A DNA stretch of 64,000 bases from Caecitellus pseudoparvulus (Eukaryota > Protista > Bigyra: Bicosoecida). The DNA lies in NCBI GenBank assembly GCA_965644315.1, contig CBFFRQ010000061.1:1-64000 (forward strand), written 5' to 3'. Under the pieces are notes generated by a model. The model was not told where the DNA came from. It was given only the letters and a program-made list of their open reading frames with translations, and did not search any database. Within the stretch, counting starts at the first letter, position 1. Each line of letters begins with the position of its first letter. This document shows positions 1 through 9,113 of the stretch, piece after piece. Both the position numbers and the translations under genes were made by a program.

Positions 1-1342
1 AACCCCTAACCCTAACCCTAACCCTAACCCTAACCCTAACCCTAACCCTAACCCTAACCCTAACCCTAACCCTAACCCTAACCCTAACCCTAACCCTAAC
101 CCTAACCCTAACCCTAACCCTAACCCTAACCCTAACCCTAACCCTAACCCTAACCCTAACCCTAACCCTAACCCTAACCCTAACCCTAACCCTAACCCTA
201 ACCCTAACCCTAACCCTAACCCTAACCCTAACCCTAACCCTAACCCTAACCCTAACCCTAACCCTAACCCTAACCCTAACCCTAACCCTAACCCTAACCC
301 TAACCCTAACCCTAACCCTAACCCTAACCCTAACCCTAACCCTAACCCTAACCCTAACCCTAACCCTAACCCTAACCCTAACCCTAACCCTAACCCTAAC
401 CCTAACCCTAACCCTAACCCTAACCCTAACCCTAACCCTAACCCTAACCCTAACCCTAACCCTAACCCTAACCCTAACCCTAACCCTAACCCTAACCCTA
501 ACCCTAACCCTAACCCTAACCCTAACCCTAACCCTAACCCTAACCCTAACCCTAACCCTAACCCTAACCCTAACCCTAACCCTAACCCTAACCCTAACCC
601 TAACCCTAACCCTAACCCTAACCCTAACCCTAACCCTAACCCTAACCCTAACCCTAACCCTAACCCTAACCCTAACCCTAACCCTAACCCTAACCCTAAC
701 CCTAACCCTAACCCTAACCCTAACCCTAACCCTAACCCTAACCCTAACCCTAACCCTAACCCTAACCCTAACCCTAACCCTAACCCTAACCCTAACCCTA
801 ACCCTAACCCTAACCCTAACCCTAACCCTAACCCTAACCCTAACCCTAACCCTAACCCTAACCCTAACCCTAACCCTAACCCTAACCCTAACCCTAACCC
901 TAACCCTAACCCTAACCCTAACCCTAACCCTAACCCTAACCCTAACCCTAACCCTAACCCTAACCCTAACCCTAACCCTAACCCTAACCCTAACCCTAAC
1001 CCTAACCCTAACCCTAACCCTAACCCTAACCCTAACCCTAACCCTAACCCTAACCCTAACCCTAACCCTAACCCTAACCCTAACCCTAACCCTAACCCTA
1101 ACCCTAACCCTAACCCTAACCCTAACCCTAACCCTAACCCTAACCCTAACCCTAACCCTAACCCTAACCCTAACCCTAACCCTAACCCTAACCCTAACCC
1201 TAACCCTAACCCTAACCCTAACCCTAACCCTAACCCTAACCCTAACCCTAACCCTAACCCTAACCCTAACCCTAACCCTAACCCTAACCCTAACCCTAAC
1301 CCTAACCCTAACCCTAACCCTAACCCTAACCCTAACCCTAAC
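1..1342. repeat. Telomeric repeat array (CCCTAA)n, i.e. TTAGGG on the minus strand; chromosome end
   Basis: Uninterrupted CCCTAA hexamers from base 1 to ...ccctaac at 1342, C-rich strand 5'->3' at the window start as expected for a left chromosome end. Confidence 0.99.
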
Positions 1343-1523
1343 TTTCCAAATGTCAAGCTAATCACAAGTTGTGAAGTGCTAACATTGCCTAATCCAGGCG
1401 CTCGTGCACCCAAGTGTGGTGTTGCACAGTGCTTGCTGGTTGGGTGGTGCGCACCGGGGCGGGGTAGTGCGAATTCCGCACACCATCGCACCGTGGCTCC
1501 CAGTTTGCGCCCTCGGTCGGGGC

Positions 1524-3650
1524 ATGCACCTGGGATCGACATCAAAAGCATCATTGACAAGCATCATGAACGCCCAAGTGGATCAAGTCCTGGGGGTCCT
1601 CTTCGTGGAGGGGTGCCTGAAGCGCAAGCAAGTGCTCGGCCCCAGAACAGGTGTCTTCACTGACATGCCACGTCGGGGTGCCGCACGCACCTTCGAGCTT
1701 GGAGGACCCCTGCCCAAGACTGATCATGATAGTTCATCTTCGGCACGGGACATGTGGCTCGAGGTCTATGGGGAAGCCGCCGAACGGCTGATCCCAGGGC
1801 TGAGTGCGGAATTCGGCAACGCCAATGCGGCCCTGCGCCAGGGACCCACCGGATCGCCAACCATCCTCGTCACGCTCGGAAGTGAGGGTGATTCACCAAC
1901 AGTGGCACGTCAACTTCGCATTCTTGCTGCTCAAGAGGACGACTTCGCCATTCGAGTCGGCCAAGGTGGGTTCGTCGCCGTGGCCTACACCAACACCAAG
2001 CAGTTCGCATCGGCGAAGGCGAAAGTGAAGGTGAAGGCCCACCCCACCGCCATCCAAGTGGCCCACCAAGTGACCAAGGAAGCAACCGAAATCGCCTGCC
2101 AGTCAGGTGATGTTGCCAAGGTCATGTGCCTCGTTAGGTCCCACTTCGACCATGGCCCCGTGCCAGCCCAAGCCGTCCGTCCCAGTGTCAGACAATCCGT
2201 CCCCTCCGAGGGTGATGCACCTGTCGACACCAAGACACCATCGACCTGGACTGACACTCAGCTCGACAAGGCACCGAAGAAGAAGAAGACCCGTCGAGGC
2301 AAGCGAGGAAAGGGCAAGTCAGCCGGACGATCCCTCACCTTCGAGGACGTCTTCATCAAGAACGTCCGGCCACCTGCACCTCGACCAACCTCACCACCTG
2401 CCACCCAAGGCTCACCCAAAGATACCGTCACCACCCCTGTGGTGCATGCCATGTTGCCTTCATCAAGGGTGCAGCGGGGCGTCGACCGCAAGTGGCCGTC
2501 CCCCACCCCGTCGGGCGAGGCAAGCCCCGAGGTGCACCGGTATCGGCCGTCTGCAGCAGCAGCATGGGAGGTGATCACAAGGGTGGTGCCTCTTCATGAC
2601 AGTGTGCGGACACCCGAGCACCTGGCCGAGTACCCCATCAAGCCTGGCCCTCTGGCCGACCTGCTGTCATCGACCCACGTGTACTCTAACGTGGGGGGGC
2701 GGGCCTGTGTCCAGGCCTGTCTCGAGACGGCAGCAGGGGAGAGGGTCTTCGAGGCTGGGGACCTCCTCCTACTCCAGCATGCAGCCACCATCAACGCTGC
2801 CCAGCTTGCCTTCAAGCACATGGTCAGGCAGCTGGAGGGGGTGGTCAGTGACTCGTCCAGCTCGGACATCATGGACGTCGGCCAGAAGCCACCCTCCCCC
2901 TTCCGCTCAGACGGGCAACGGGTGGCCGTCTTCCGCAACATGCTGCACCAGCACTCGCCGGATGACACCTTCCTGGCCCCAGGTACACCACCAGTCCTGC
3001 TTCCCGGCCTGCACCTGCTCATCGACCGCATCAACCAAGGGTACCGTGCCCCAGCCGGGCATGATGACCTTGGCCAGGCCGGCGTCGACCCCAGCCAGGT
3101 TGATGAAGAGGGTGACCAAGAGGGGCACCTCGACGGAGTGCTGTATGCCTTCGCACTTCGAGAGGTGTGGACCGACAACACGGCCCATCTGCAGCTCATC
3201 CTCGTCGACCATGATCGAGGCAAGCTGGTGCTGTGGAACCCCGACATCCCTGACCTCCATGACGAGCTGCCCCTGCACAAGTGCATGACCCGGCTGGCAG
3301 CCGAAGGCATCAACGTCTTGTACCGGATCTGGACCACACCCGAGGCGGGCAGTCCAGCACCCTTCCGGGACAGGCTTCGAGGGGCACTCCAGTCTCTCCG
3401 AGATGACTTCCCCCCCCTGCCTCACAAGGCCACCGACGGCACCGTGCACCCCCAGACCCTCATCGCTGGCAAGGGCACAAGGGTGGCCATGCCTCATGGG
3501 CGGATGACCCGACAGCAGGCCGCCACCCTGGAGGCTGAGGTCAAGGACCCCCTCAAGCGGCTGGTGCCTGAAGACGGCGAGGGTCGCCTGCCCAAGGTCA
3601 AGGATGTGCCCCACATCTCGATCGGGCAGATGGGTGGACGCCTGATGTAA
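1524..3650 (+). CDS. Retroelement A ORF (gag/ORF1-like or N-terminal part of a polyprotein; possible OTU-like protease remnant); no RT motifs seen
   Basis: Intronless ~700-aa ORF (in-frame ATGs at 1524 and 1566); basic KKKKTRRGKRGKGK tract; SNVGGRACVQACL and GHLDGV motifs loosely resemble OTU Cys and His boxes; function inferred from context. Confidence 0.55.
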   Translation: MHLGSTSKASLTSIMNAQVDQVLGVLFVEGCLKRKQVLGPRTGVFTDMPRRGAARTFELGGPLPKTDHDSSSSARDMWLEVYGEAAERLIPGLSAEFGNANAALRQGPTGSPTILVTLGSEGDSPTVARQLRILAAQEDDFAIRVGQGGFVAVAYTNTKQFASAKAKVKVKAHPTAIQVAHQVTKEATEIACQSGDVAKVMCLVRSHFDHGPVPAQAVRPSVRQSVPSEGDAPVDTKTPSTWTDTQLDKAPKKKKTRRGKRGKGKSAGRSLTFEDVFIKNVRPPAPRPTSPPATQGSPKDTVTTPVVHAMLPSSRVQRGVDRKWPSPTPSGEASPEVHRYRPSAAAAWEVITRVVPLHDSVRTPEHLAEYPIKPGPLADLLSSTHVYSNVGGRACVQACLETAAGERVFEAGDLLLLQHAATINAAQLAFKHMVRQLEGVVSDSSSSDIMDVGQKPPSPFRSDGQRVAVFRNMLHQHSPDDTFLAPGTPPVLLPGLHLLIDRINQGYRAPAGHDDLGQAGVDPSQVDEEGDQEGHLDGVLYAFALREVWTDNTAHLQLILVDHDRGKLVLWNPDIPDLHDELPLHKCMTRLAAEGINVLYRIWTTPEAGSPAPFRDRLRGALQSLRDDFPPLPHKATDGTVHPQTLIAGKGTRVAMPHGRMTRQQAATLEAEVKDPLKRLVPEDGEGRLPKVKDVPHISIGQMGGRLM

Positions 3651-3763
3651 GTCACCTGTGGGGGCATACTCCCTGTGCCACACATGACTGAAGCTTTGTG
3701 TCGCGACCGACGCACATAGCTGACATCGGACATTGGAAAGTCCAACCCAACCTCACCATCACC

Positions 3764-4771
3764 AACCCAACATCGATACCAACACATCAGGACTCGGCTC
3801 AGTGGAAGGGGAAGGCACTTGCAGCAAGATCTGTGAGGCCGCCCCCAAACCTGAGCCGAAGGGACAGCCGGGCTGGGTCGTGTGCTTGCATCTCAGCAAC
3901 ACCCAGTCCGTGTCGAGTCCATATCCTCCAGCCCACACCGCCACCCAAGCCAAGCAAGTCGGGTCTCCACCCCTGGACATCGGACCGAGACGGACGAGAC
4001 TGGACTGGACGGACAAGACAAGAGTGGACCGAGACCTGGACCTACACCTCAAGACCATCCCACCGGGGCGGGCGCTGAAGCGCCAAGACAGACGGCGACT
4101 TATACAACGGACACGAGTCTGTGCTAGTCGCAAAGCCGTGCAAGCGGTGCCGTCGTGGTGTCTGTGTCACTGCATTCTGTTGTGGCGCAGGTGGCACCAC
4201 ATGTCCAAGCCCAAGCTGTACCATGATGTAGCCTGCATGGAGGCAATCTGCAATGCATTGAGTAGCTAACCCAACATCGATACCAACACATCAGGACTCG
4301 GCTCAGTGGAAGGGGAAGGCACTTGCAGCAAGATCTGTGAGGCCGCCCCCAAACCTGAGCCGAAGGGACAGCCGGGCTGGGTCGTGTGCTTGCATCTCAG
4401 CAACACCCAGTCCGTGTCGAGTCCATATCCTCCAGCCCACACCGCCACCCAAGCCAAGCAAGTCGGGTCTCCACCCCTGGACATCGGACCGAGACGGACG
4501 AGACTGGACTGGACGGACAAGACAAGAGTGGACCGAGACCTGGACCTACACCTCAAGACCATCCCACCGGGGCGGGCGCTGAAGCGCCAAGACAGACGGC
4601 GACTTATACAACGGACACGAGTCTGTGCTAGTCGCAAAGCCGTGCAAGCGGTGCCGTCGTGGTGTCTGTGTCACTGCATTCTGTTGTGGCGCAGGTGGCA
4701 CCACATGTCCAAGCCCAAGCTGTACCATGATGTAGCCTGCATGGAGGCAATCTGCAATGCATTGAGTAGCT
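3764..4771 (+). repeat. Direct tandem duplication, 2 x 504 bp (3764-4267, 4268-4771), of the element A 3' region
   Basis: Both copies start AACCCAACATCGATACC and end CATTGAGTAGCT; identical ORF translations recur at a 504-bp offset in the ORF track. Confidence 0.97.
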
Positions 4772-4794
4772 AACCCTAACCCTAACCCTAACCC
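4771..4794. repeat. Interstitial telomeric tract (TAACCC)4
   Basis: taaccctaaccctaaccctaaccc between the element A 3' end and the element B 3' fragment. Confidence 0.97.
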
Positions 4795-5042
4795 AACACA
4801 CCAAGGCCGAAACCCGCACCCAACTCGCCCAACAGGCGCCGAACGCCTGAACAACGACGACTAACATTGAACTACCATGTTCTGAAAAGAACAAGCTTAC
4901 TTCACATGGTGACTCACCATGCTTTGTGCAAGATATGTGTACGGAGCAAGCGAGCGCTGTGGCCCGCTTCTTTCGAGGAGCAAGTGTGAGGTGAGTGTGG
5001 TGAAAAAAAAACAAGAGGCGACAATGCATTGAACTTCCTAAA
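4792..5042 (+). mobile_element. Severely 5'-truncated copy of element B (3' UTR only)
   Basis: Near-identical to 8837-9083 (three substitutions and an A-run length difference by eye), ending at the same ...CAATGCATTGAACTTCCTAAA. Confidence 0.9.
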
Positions 5043-5301
5043 TATCCTCATTAAGTTTTTGAATTGTTGGTGCTACGGCAGAGTTCAATTGGGGGGATGC
5101 GTTGCGTATTTCATTCTGAATTTCTTGTTTAATTTCAGTTCTAATTTGGTTTTCTATGTCGTCAACTTGCGCTAATACACGGTTAGAGCAGGTGCTATTA
5201 TATGAAAAATTACTATTCTTAAATAGTTTATATAATCCAGCGATTACTAAAATAAAGCCAGTAGATATACCAGCGGTTTCAATTGATTCTATGGTATTCA
5301 T
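5038..5301 (-). CDS. Small hypothetical protein (87 aa) with N-terminal TM helix and coiled-coil; possibly C-terminally truncated
   Basis: AGISTGFILVIAGLYKLF hydrophobic stretch; AT-rich codons; TCTA 12 nt upstream of ATG; TAG stop coincides with the CTA at the element B 3' end. Confidence 0.6.
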   Translation of the reverse strand: MNTIESIETAGISTGFILVIAGLYKLFKNSNFSYNSTCSNRVLAQVDDIENQIRTEIKQEIQNEIRNASPQLNSAVAPTIQKLNEDI

Positions 5302-5354
5302 TTATAATATAGAGAGATTAAATAAATGTTTTTTTTTATTATGGTATATTAAGA

Positions 5355-5681
5355 ATGAACGATTTATACTATGAAGTAACAAAGAACGAATACATAGAGC
5401 AGATAACAAACTATATGAATGAAGACATAGAAGTGATTGATATTGGTTATGAACCAGTAAAAGTGTTAAAAACTCAATTGGAAAGAATTATACACACTTA
5501 TGGTATTGAACAGGATTTTACAGCACAGTTATTTACGAACAGTTTGGTTAAATTCTTGCGTAAGCACCATCATCGTTATTTAATATGGGAAGATGGGGAA
5601 CCATACCATTTGGAAAAGTATTTAGATGATTATTTTTTAACTGTTAAAAATACCCGCAGAGAGCACATTAAAAGCACATAA
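5355..5681 (+). CDS. Small hypothetical protein (108 aa), virus-like
   Basis: Open 108-codon frame in AT-rich DNA, divergent from 5038-5301 across a 53-bp AT-rich spacer, followed by hairpins; no family recognised. Confidence 0.65.
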   Translation: MNDLYYEVTKNEYIEQITNYMNEDIEVIDIGYEPVKVLKTQLERIIHTYGIEQDFTAQLFTNSLVKFLRKHHHRYLIWEDGEPYHLEKYLDDYFLTVKNTRREHIKST

Positions 5682-5710
5682 ATTAAGCACGTTAATTGGT
5701 GGAGTGTATA

Positions 5711-5761
5711 GTTCGGTGGTGCTGAACCGCGAGCGCGGACGACGCTTTTTTCAAAAAGCGT
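5711..5761 (+). terminator. Three adjacent short hairpins downstream of the 108-aa ORF (possible 3'-end signal)
   Basis: gttcggt-ggt-gctgaac, ccgcg-ag-cgcgg, acgcttttt-tc-aaaaagcgt. Confidence 0.35.
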
Positions 5762-5825
5762 AAGCAAAAAGGAATGACGCTTTAAGTAAGCCCCTCAATA
5801 TGAGAGAGATGTGGGATAGGGTGAG

Positions 5826-6165
5826 GGTTACGAAAAGGTTACGAAAGTTACGAAAGGTTACGAAAATAAAAAATTATCGTAACCGTGAGAGTTATACCAG
5901 TTATGGTAACAAAGTGATAGAGTAGTGTTATAATTATAGTAAGAGGTTACGAAGTTACGATAATTTAGGAGAACCCCTTCATCTTTTTTTAAGTTGTAGT
6001 GTTTGTGTTACAACTTGATTTTTTACGAGGAGGTAGTCAAGAATTATCGTAACTTCGTAACCGTATGGAAATGTTGAAGAATAAGACCATAGAAGGTGTC
6101 ATATAGGTGGAAAAATGAGTGAAATATTAAGAGCGTAGGGAAGGGTTACGATAATTATTGTAACC
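5826..6165. repeat. Cluster of direct and inverted GTTACGA heptamers (iteron-like putative replication origin)
   Basis: GTTACGA at 5827, 5838, 5847, 5857, 5946, 5954, 6145; TCGTAAC at 5877, 6047, 6055; perfect 21-bp inverted repeat 5945-5965 / 6042-6062. Confidence 0.8.
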
Positions 6166-6259
6166 TGTTGAGGGTGTTGTTTAAGTTGTGTGCTCACTCG
6201 CTGTCGCTCGTTGCGCGGTGCGACCTTTGGGAGCGCCGTGTGAAAAAGTGGTTTTTGTT

Positions 6260-6427
6260 ACTGGTGAGACTGTAAGTGAATGAGTTGATTGAGTGGATTG
6301 AGAGCGTGGATGGTGTTGAAAATAATTGATTGAAGAAGTTGTGACTGGTGAGACTGTAAGTGAATGATTTGATTGAGTGGATTGAGAGCGTTGATGGTGT
6401 TGAAAATAATTGATTGAAGAAGTTGTG
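6260..6427. repeat. 2 x 84-bp tandem repeat in a C-poor, strand-biased non-coding tract
   Basis: Units 6260-6343 and 6344-6427 both start ACTGGTGAGACTGTAAGTGAATGA and differ at about two positions; degenerate continuation to ~6600. Confidence 0.9.
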
Positions 6428-6617
6428 ACTGAGAGAGAAAATGATTGAATTGAGTGGATTGAATTGAGAGCGTGATGGTGGTGAAATTGAGTGAATGAAA
6501 TGCGTGAATTGATTGAGACTGAACATCCGCCAGAAATGAATTAAGGACAGAAATGACACGGTGATGGTCACAGAATTGAGCCATTGAATGGTTGAAAATG
6601 ACACCATGAAAGCCCCC

Positions 6618-6719
6618 TGTCACCCGCCAAAATCAATGAATTCAATTACTTATTAGGAGGGGCCCTATATAGTGCCCCTCCTAATAAGTAATTGAATTCA
6701 TTGATTTTGGCGGGTGACA
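6618..6719. repeat. 102-bp near-perfect palindrome (hairpin/cruciform)
   Basis: 46-bp perfect arms 6618-6663 and 6674-6719, one mismatched pair (C6664/T6673), self-complementary core CTATATAG. Confidence 0.97.
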
Positions 6720-8710
6720 TAACCGTCGACGGAAAGCGGATCCCTCTCATGGACGAGTACGAGTACTTAGGAACACCGCTACAAGCCAAGCTGTTCATAC
6801 AACATAAAACAGCTCGTCGACATGCCGCAACCACCTTGAGCATGGCTGGCCATTCTTCTGTGGCGATTTCTGCGGCCGAATGGCTCGCCCCGTCGGCAGC
6901 GCACCGCCTTTTGAGGACCTCAGTGGTCGCTGCAGCGGACTACACACTGGCAATCACCGGCAAACACTCGCTCATGCCCAACCGCATGTGCGACAATGCC
7001 ATTGGCAGTGTTCTGGACAAATCCGTGTTCGGATTTCAGCTTCATCCGATGCGCGTCCAACACGGCGCGGTCCTTGCAGCGGCTGGTATTCCTCTGACGC
7101 ACATGCGCACGATGCGAAGTCGCATTGGTTTCATAGTACGGACACTTAAGCAGGCTGTGGTGGATTCGCCTGCTTTCAAGGTCCTGATGGTGAGCGTGTG
7201 GCAGGGACGAATGATGGTCGCGAACGTCCCGGACGAGAGGGTCCCGTCGGCCCTCCTTTTGGAAGACGTAGCGGCCTCTAAACACACCTTCTATGGCACA
7301 GGCACCCCGTGGGCCGTCAGACCTCTCCTGGAGTTGCGCCTGTTGGGGTACCACGAGGGTGTGTTCGGCGTTCTGGCCATGGCCGCGAGATGGCACGATT
7401 TGAGCGGAAATCGGGACACCACGGCCCTAAACGAAGAGATGCGATCTCTCCAAATGGCCTTAAAGCTGCCCAAGAACACGGCCCAGAACGGCCCGAAGTT
7501 GTTCGTCGCAACGAGTGTTCCTGTGGCCTCTGCGAGGTTCGATAGGTCGGTTGACTTCCCGGCCACTTTCACGTTGAGGCAGCGTTTGGACCTCCTGGAG
7601 TCGTACATGTTCATTGCAAGAACGCAACGAACAGACATGTATCGGGAGACCATGTTCCTACCTGCTGAGTACCCGGGCCACTCGCCTCGAGGAGAAATAG
7701 GCGACAAAAGAGTGAATCCGACGCTCTCGCCGAGGCCTCACCATTTGGACATCCGAGCGCGAACACACGCGGAACTGCATCCGATTCCAAGTGTTCCCTG
7801 TAGTGCTTGGACTGCCTGTCATCCTGACAGAAGCCCGTTGCCGAAGGTGTTCATGCTGCAGACACAGCAGCTCCTGCATCCGGGTGCACTCCTGACGCCG
7901 TATATCGCATGTCCTCTATGTTTGGACCCCGAAATACGCGATGCGGAGTTCATTTTAGACCACATTCTGCTGGACTGCCCTTCAGTGTCTCTAGAACGTC
8001 TGGCGTTCTTCCGAGAGGCTGCGCAGAACATGCTGGACTGTGACAAGGCGGCAAAGTCAACCGCTGTGCCGAGGCGGCCGGCGGCCGAGGCCCTTCGGCA
8101 CCCACCACTGAGATACGTCACCATTCCAGAAAGCCTGCACGCAGCGGTGCAGGCTGGCTGTCAACTGGACACTGGAACACGTATCTCATGCCAGAACACC
8201 CGGGCGTTGCTGAAGCGGCTCGCCCTGTGTGGTCAGTGGCCCACGGGAGCACCAGAGTGTGCGGACTGGGATCACGCAACTTGTGCTGCCCTCACGGCAC
8301 CACACATGGAACGGTTGCGTGTTCCAGTCCGAAACTCGACCCATCTATTGGACAAAGGCCCAGTAAAAGCCGCTGAAGCATTGGAGGCATTTGCTGGGCC
8401 CTTGCGGCAAAAGTTGCTCCCGAATTCTGGGGGAGCCGCTGACGGCAAAAGTTTCTACTGGCCCCACGAGGTGGTCGCCGCACCTCCCGGATGGACGAAA
8501 GTCCTGAAAACCTGCATCCGGTACTGTGGGGCCGTGTTTAATCACGTGGTAGAAGCTCAACTTCAGGGCGCAGGCGTGGAACGCGGGCAGCCCGCCGCGG
8601 ACCTCGCGCGGCGAGCCCGCTACACGGCCGCCACGCCTGCCGCCTGGACCATGCCGAGCCACCTCACTCCCGGGCGAGGTGGCGCAGCAGAGGAGCAAGA
8701 AAGTGAGTGA
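6720..8710 (+). pseudogene. C-terminal part of non-LTR ORF2 (end of RT/thumb plus CCHC zinc knuckle); catalytic RT core and endonuclease missing
   Basis: ITVDGKRIPLMDEYEYLG matches the LINE RT 'i...g..i.....y.YLG' segment; CPLC-x13-H-x4-C (CPLCLDPEIRDAEFILDHILLDCP) matches the LINE C-terminal knuckle; frame still open. Confidence 0.75.
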
Positions 8711-9083
8711 TAAAAGCTTGCTTTGGGTTGATAGTGCATTCTAAGATGTGATTCCGAAATTCCCAGTGTCGTAACGCGCGGCGGGGCTGTTTTGGGTCGC
8801 GGGGCGGCGAGGTGTGCGCGGGGTCGCCGCGGCGCCCCCAACACGCCAAGGCCGAAACCCGCACCCAACTCGCCCAACAGGCGCCGAACGCCTGAACAAC
8901 GACGACAAACATTGAACTACCATGTTCTGAAAAGAACAAGCTTACTTCACATGGTGACTCACCATGCTTTGTGCAAGATATGTGTACGGAGCAAGCGAGC
9001 GCTGTGGCCCGCTTCTTTCAAGGAGCAAGTGTGAGGTGAGTGTGGTGAAAAACAAGAGGCGACAATGCATTGAACTTCCTAAA
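6720..9083 (+). mobile_element. 5'-truncated non-LTR retrotransposon 'B'
   Basis: Begins inside ORF2 just before the RT YLG motif; contains a CCHC knuckle and a ~370-bp 3' UTR whose end is re-used at 4792-5042. Confidence 0.8.
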
Positions 9084-9113
9084 GAAGGAGGTGACAAAAT
9101 GCATTCTGAATTG

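Larger units (their letters stand above)
1343..4771 (+). mobile_element. Telomere-associated retroelement 'A', probably non-autonomous, with tandemly duplicated 3' end
   Basis: Sits between the terminal telomere array and an interstitial (TAACCC)4; single long + strand ORF; last 504 bp duplicated head-to-tail; each copy ends GCAATGCATTGAGTAGC|TAACCC. Confidence 0.7.
5043..6719. mobile_element. AT-rich foreign island, probably a fragment of a virus-, virophage/Polinton-like- or plasmid-like replicon
   Basis: Abrupt switch to strongly AT-rich composition relative to the GC-rich host; intronless small divergent ORFs; iteron cluster; terminal 102-bp palindrome. Confidence 0.7.

Noticed and set aside
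3733-4773. Duplicated 155-178-aa ORFs in the 504-bp repeats
   Set aside because: They lie in the presumed 3' UTR, have no recognisable motifs and have non-ATG or uncertain starts
3650-5042. Hammerhead ribozyme / Penelope pLTR interpretation of the tandem 3' ends
   Set aside because: No CTGANGA...GAAA core found by eye, and element B has LINE-type YLG and CCHC features. The 504-bp duplication could also be an assembly artefact, although its telomere-like junction argues it is real
5826-6427. CRISPR-like array
   Set aside because: Repeats are 7-mers or contiguous 84-mers without regular unique spacers; eukaryotic context and no cas genes
6194-6623. Minus-strand ORFs of 137 and 121 aa in the island
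   Set aside because: They follow the strand-biased tandem repeat and have low-complexity translations; probably non-coding
6692-6719. ORF-track start of the 672-aa ORF inside the palindrome
   Set aside because: Non-ATG start created by the junction; LINE-like similarity begins only at ~6720
4792-9083. LTR retrotransposon with ~250-bp LTRs enclosing the island
   Set aside because: No TG...CA ends, PBS, integrase or TSD; better explained as two independent 3' ends, although co-mobilisation as one unit is not excluded
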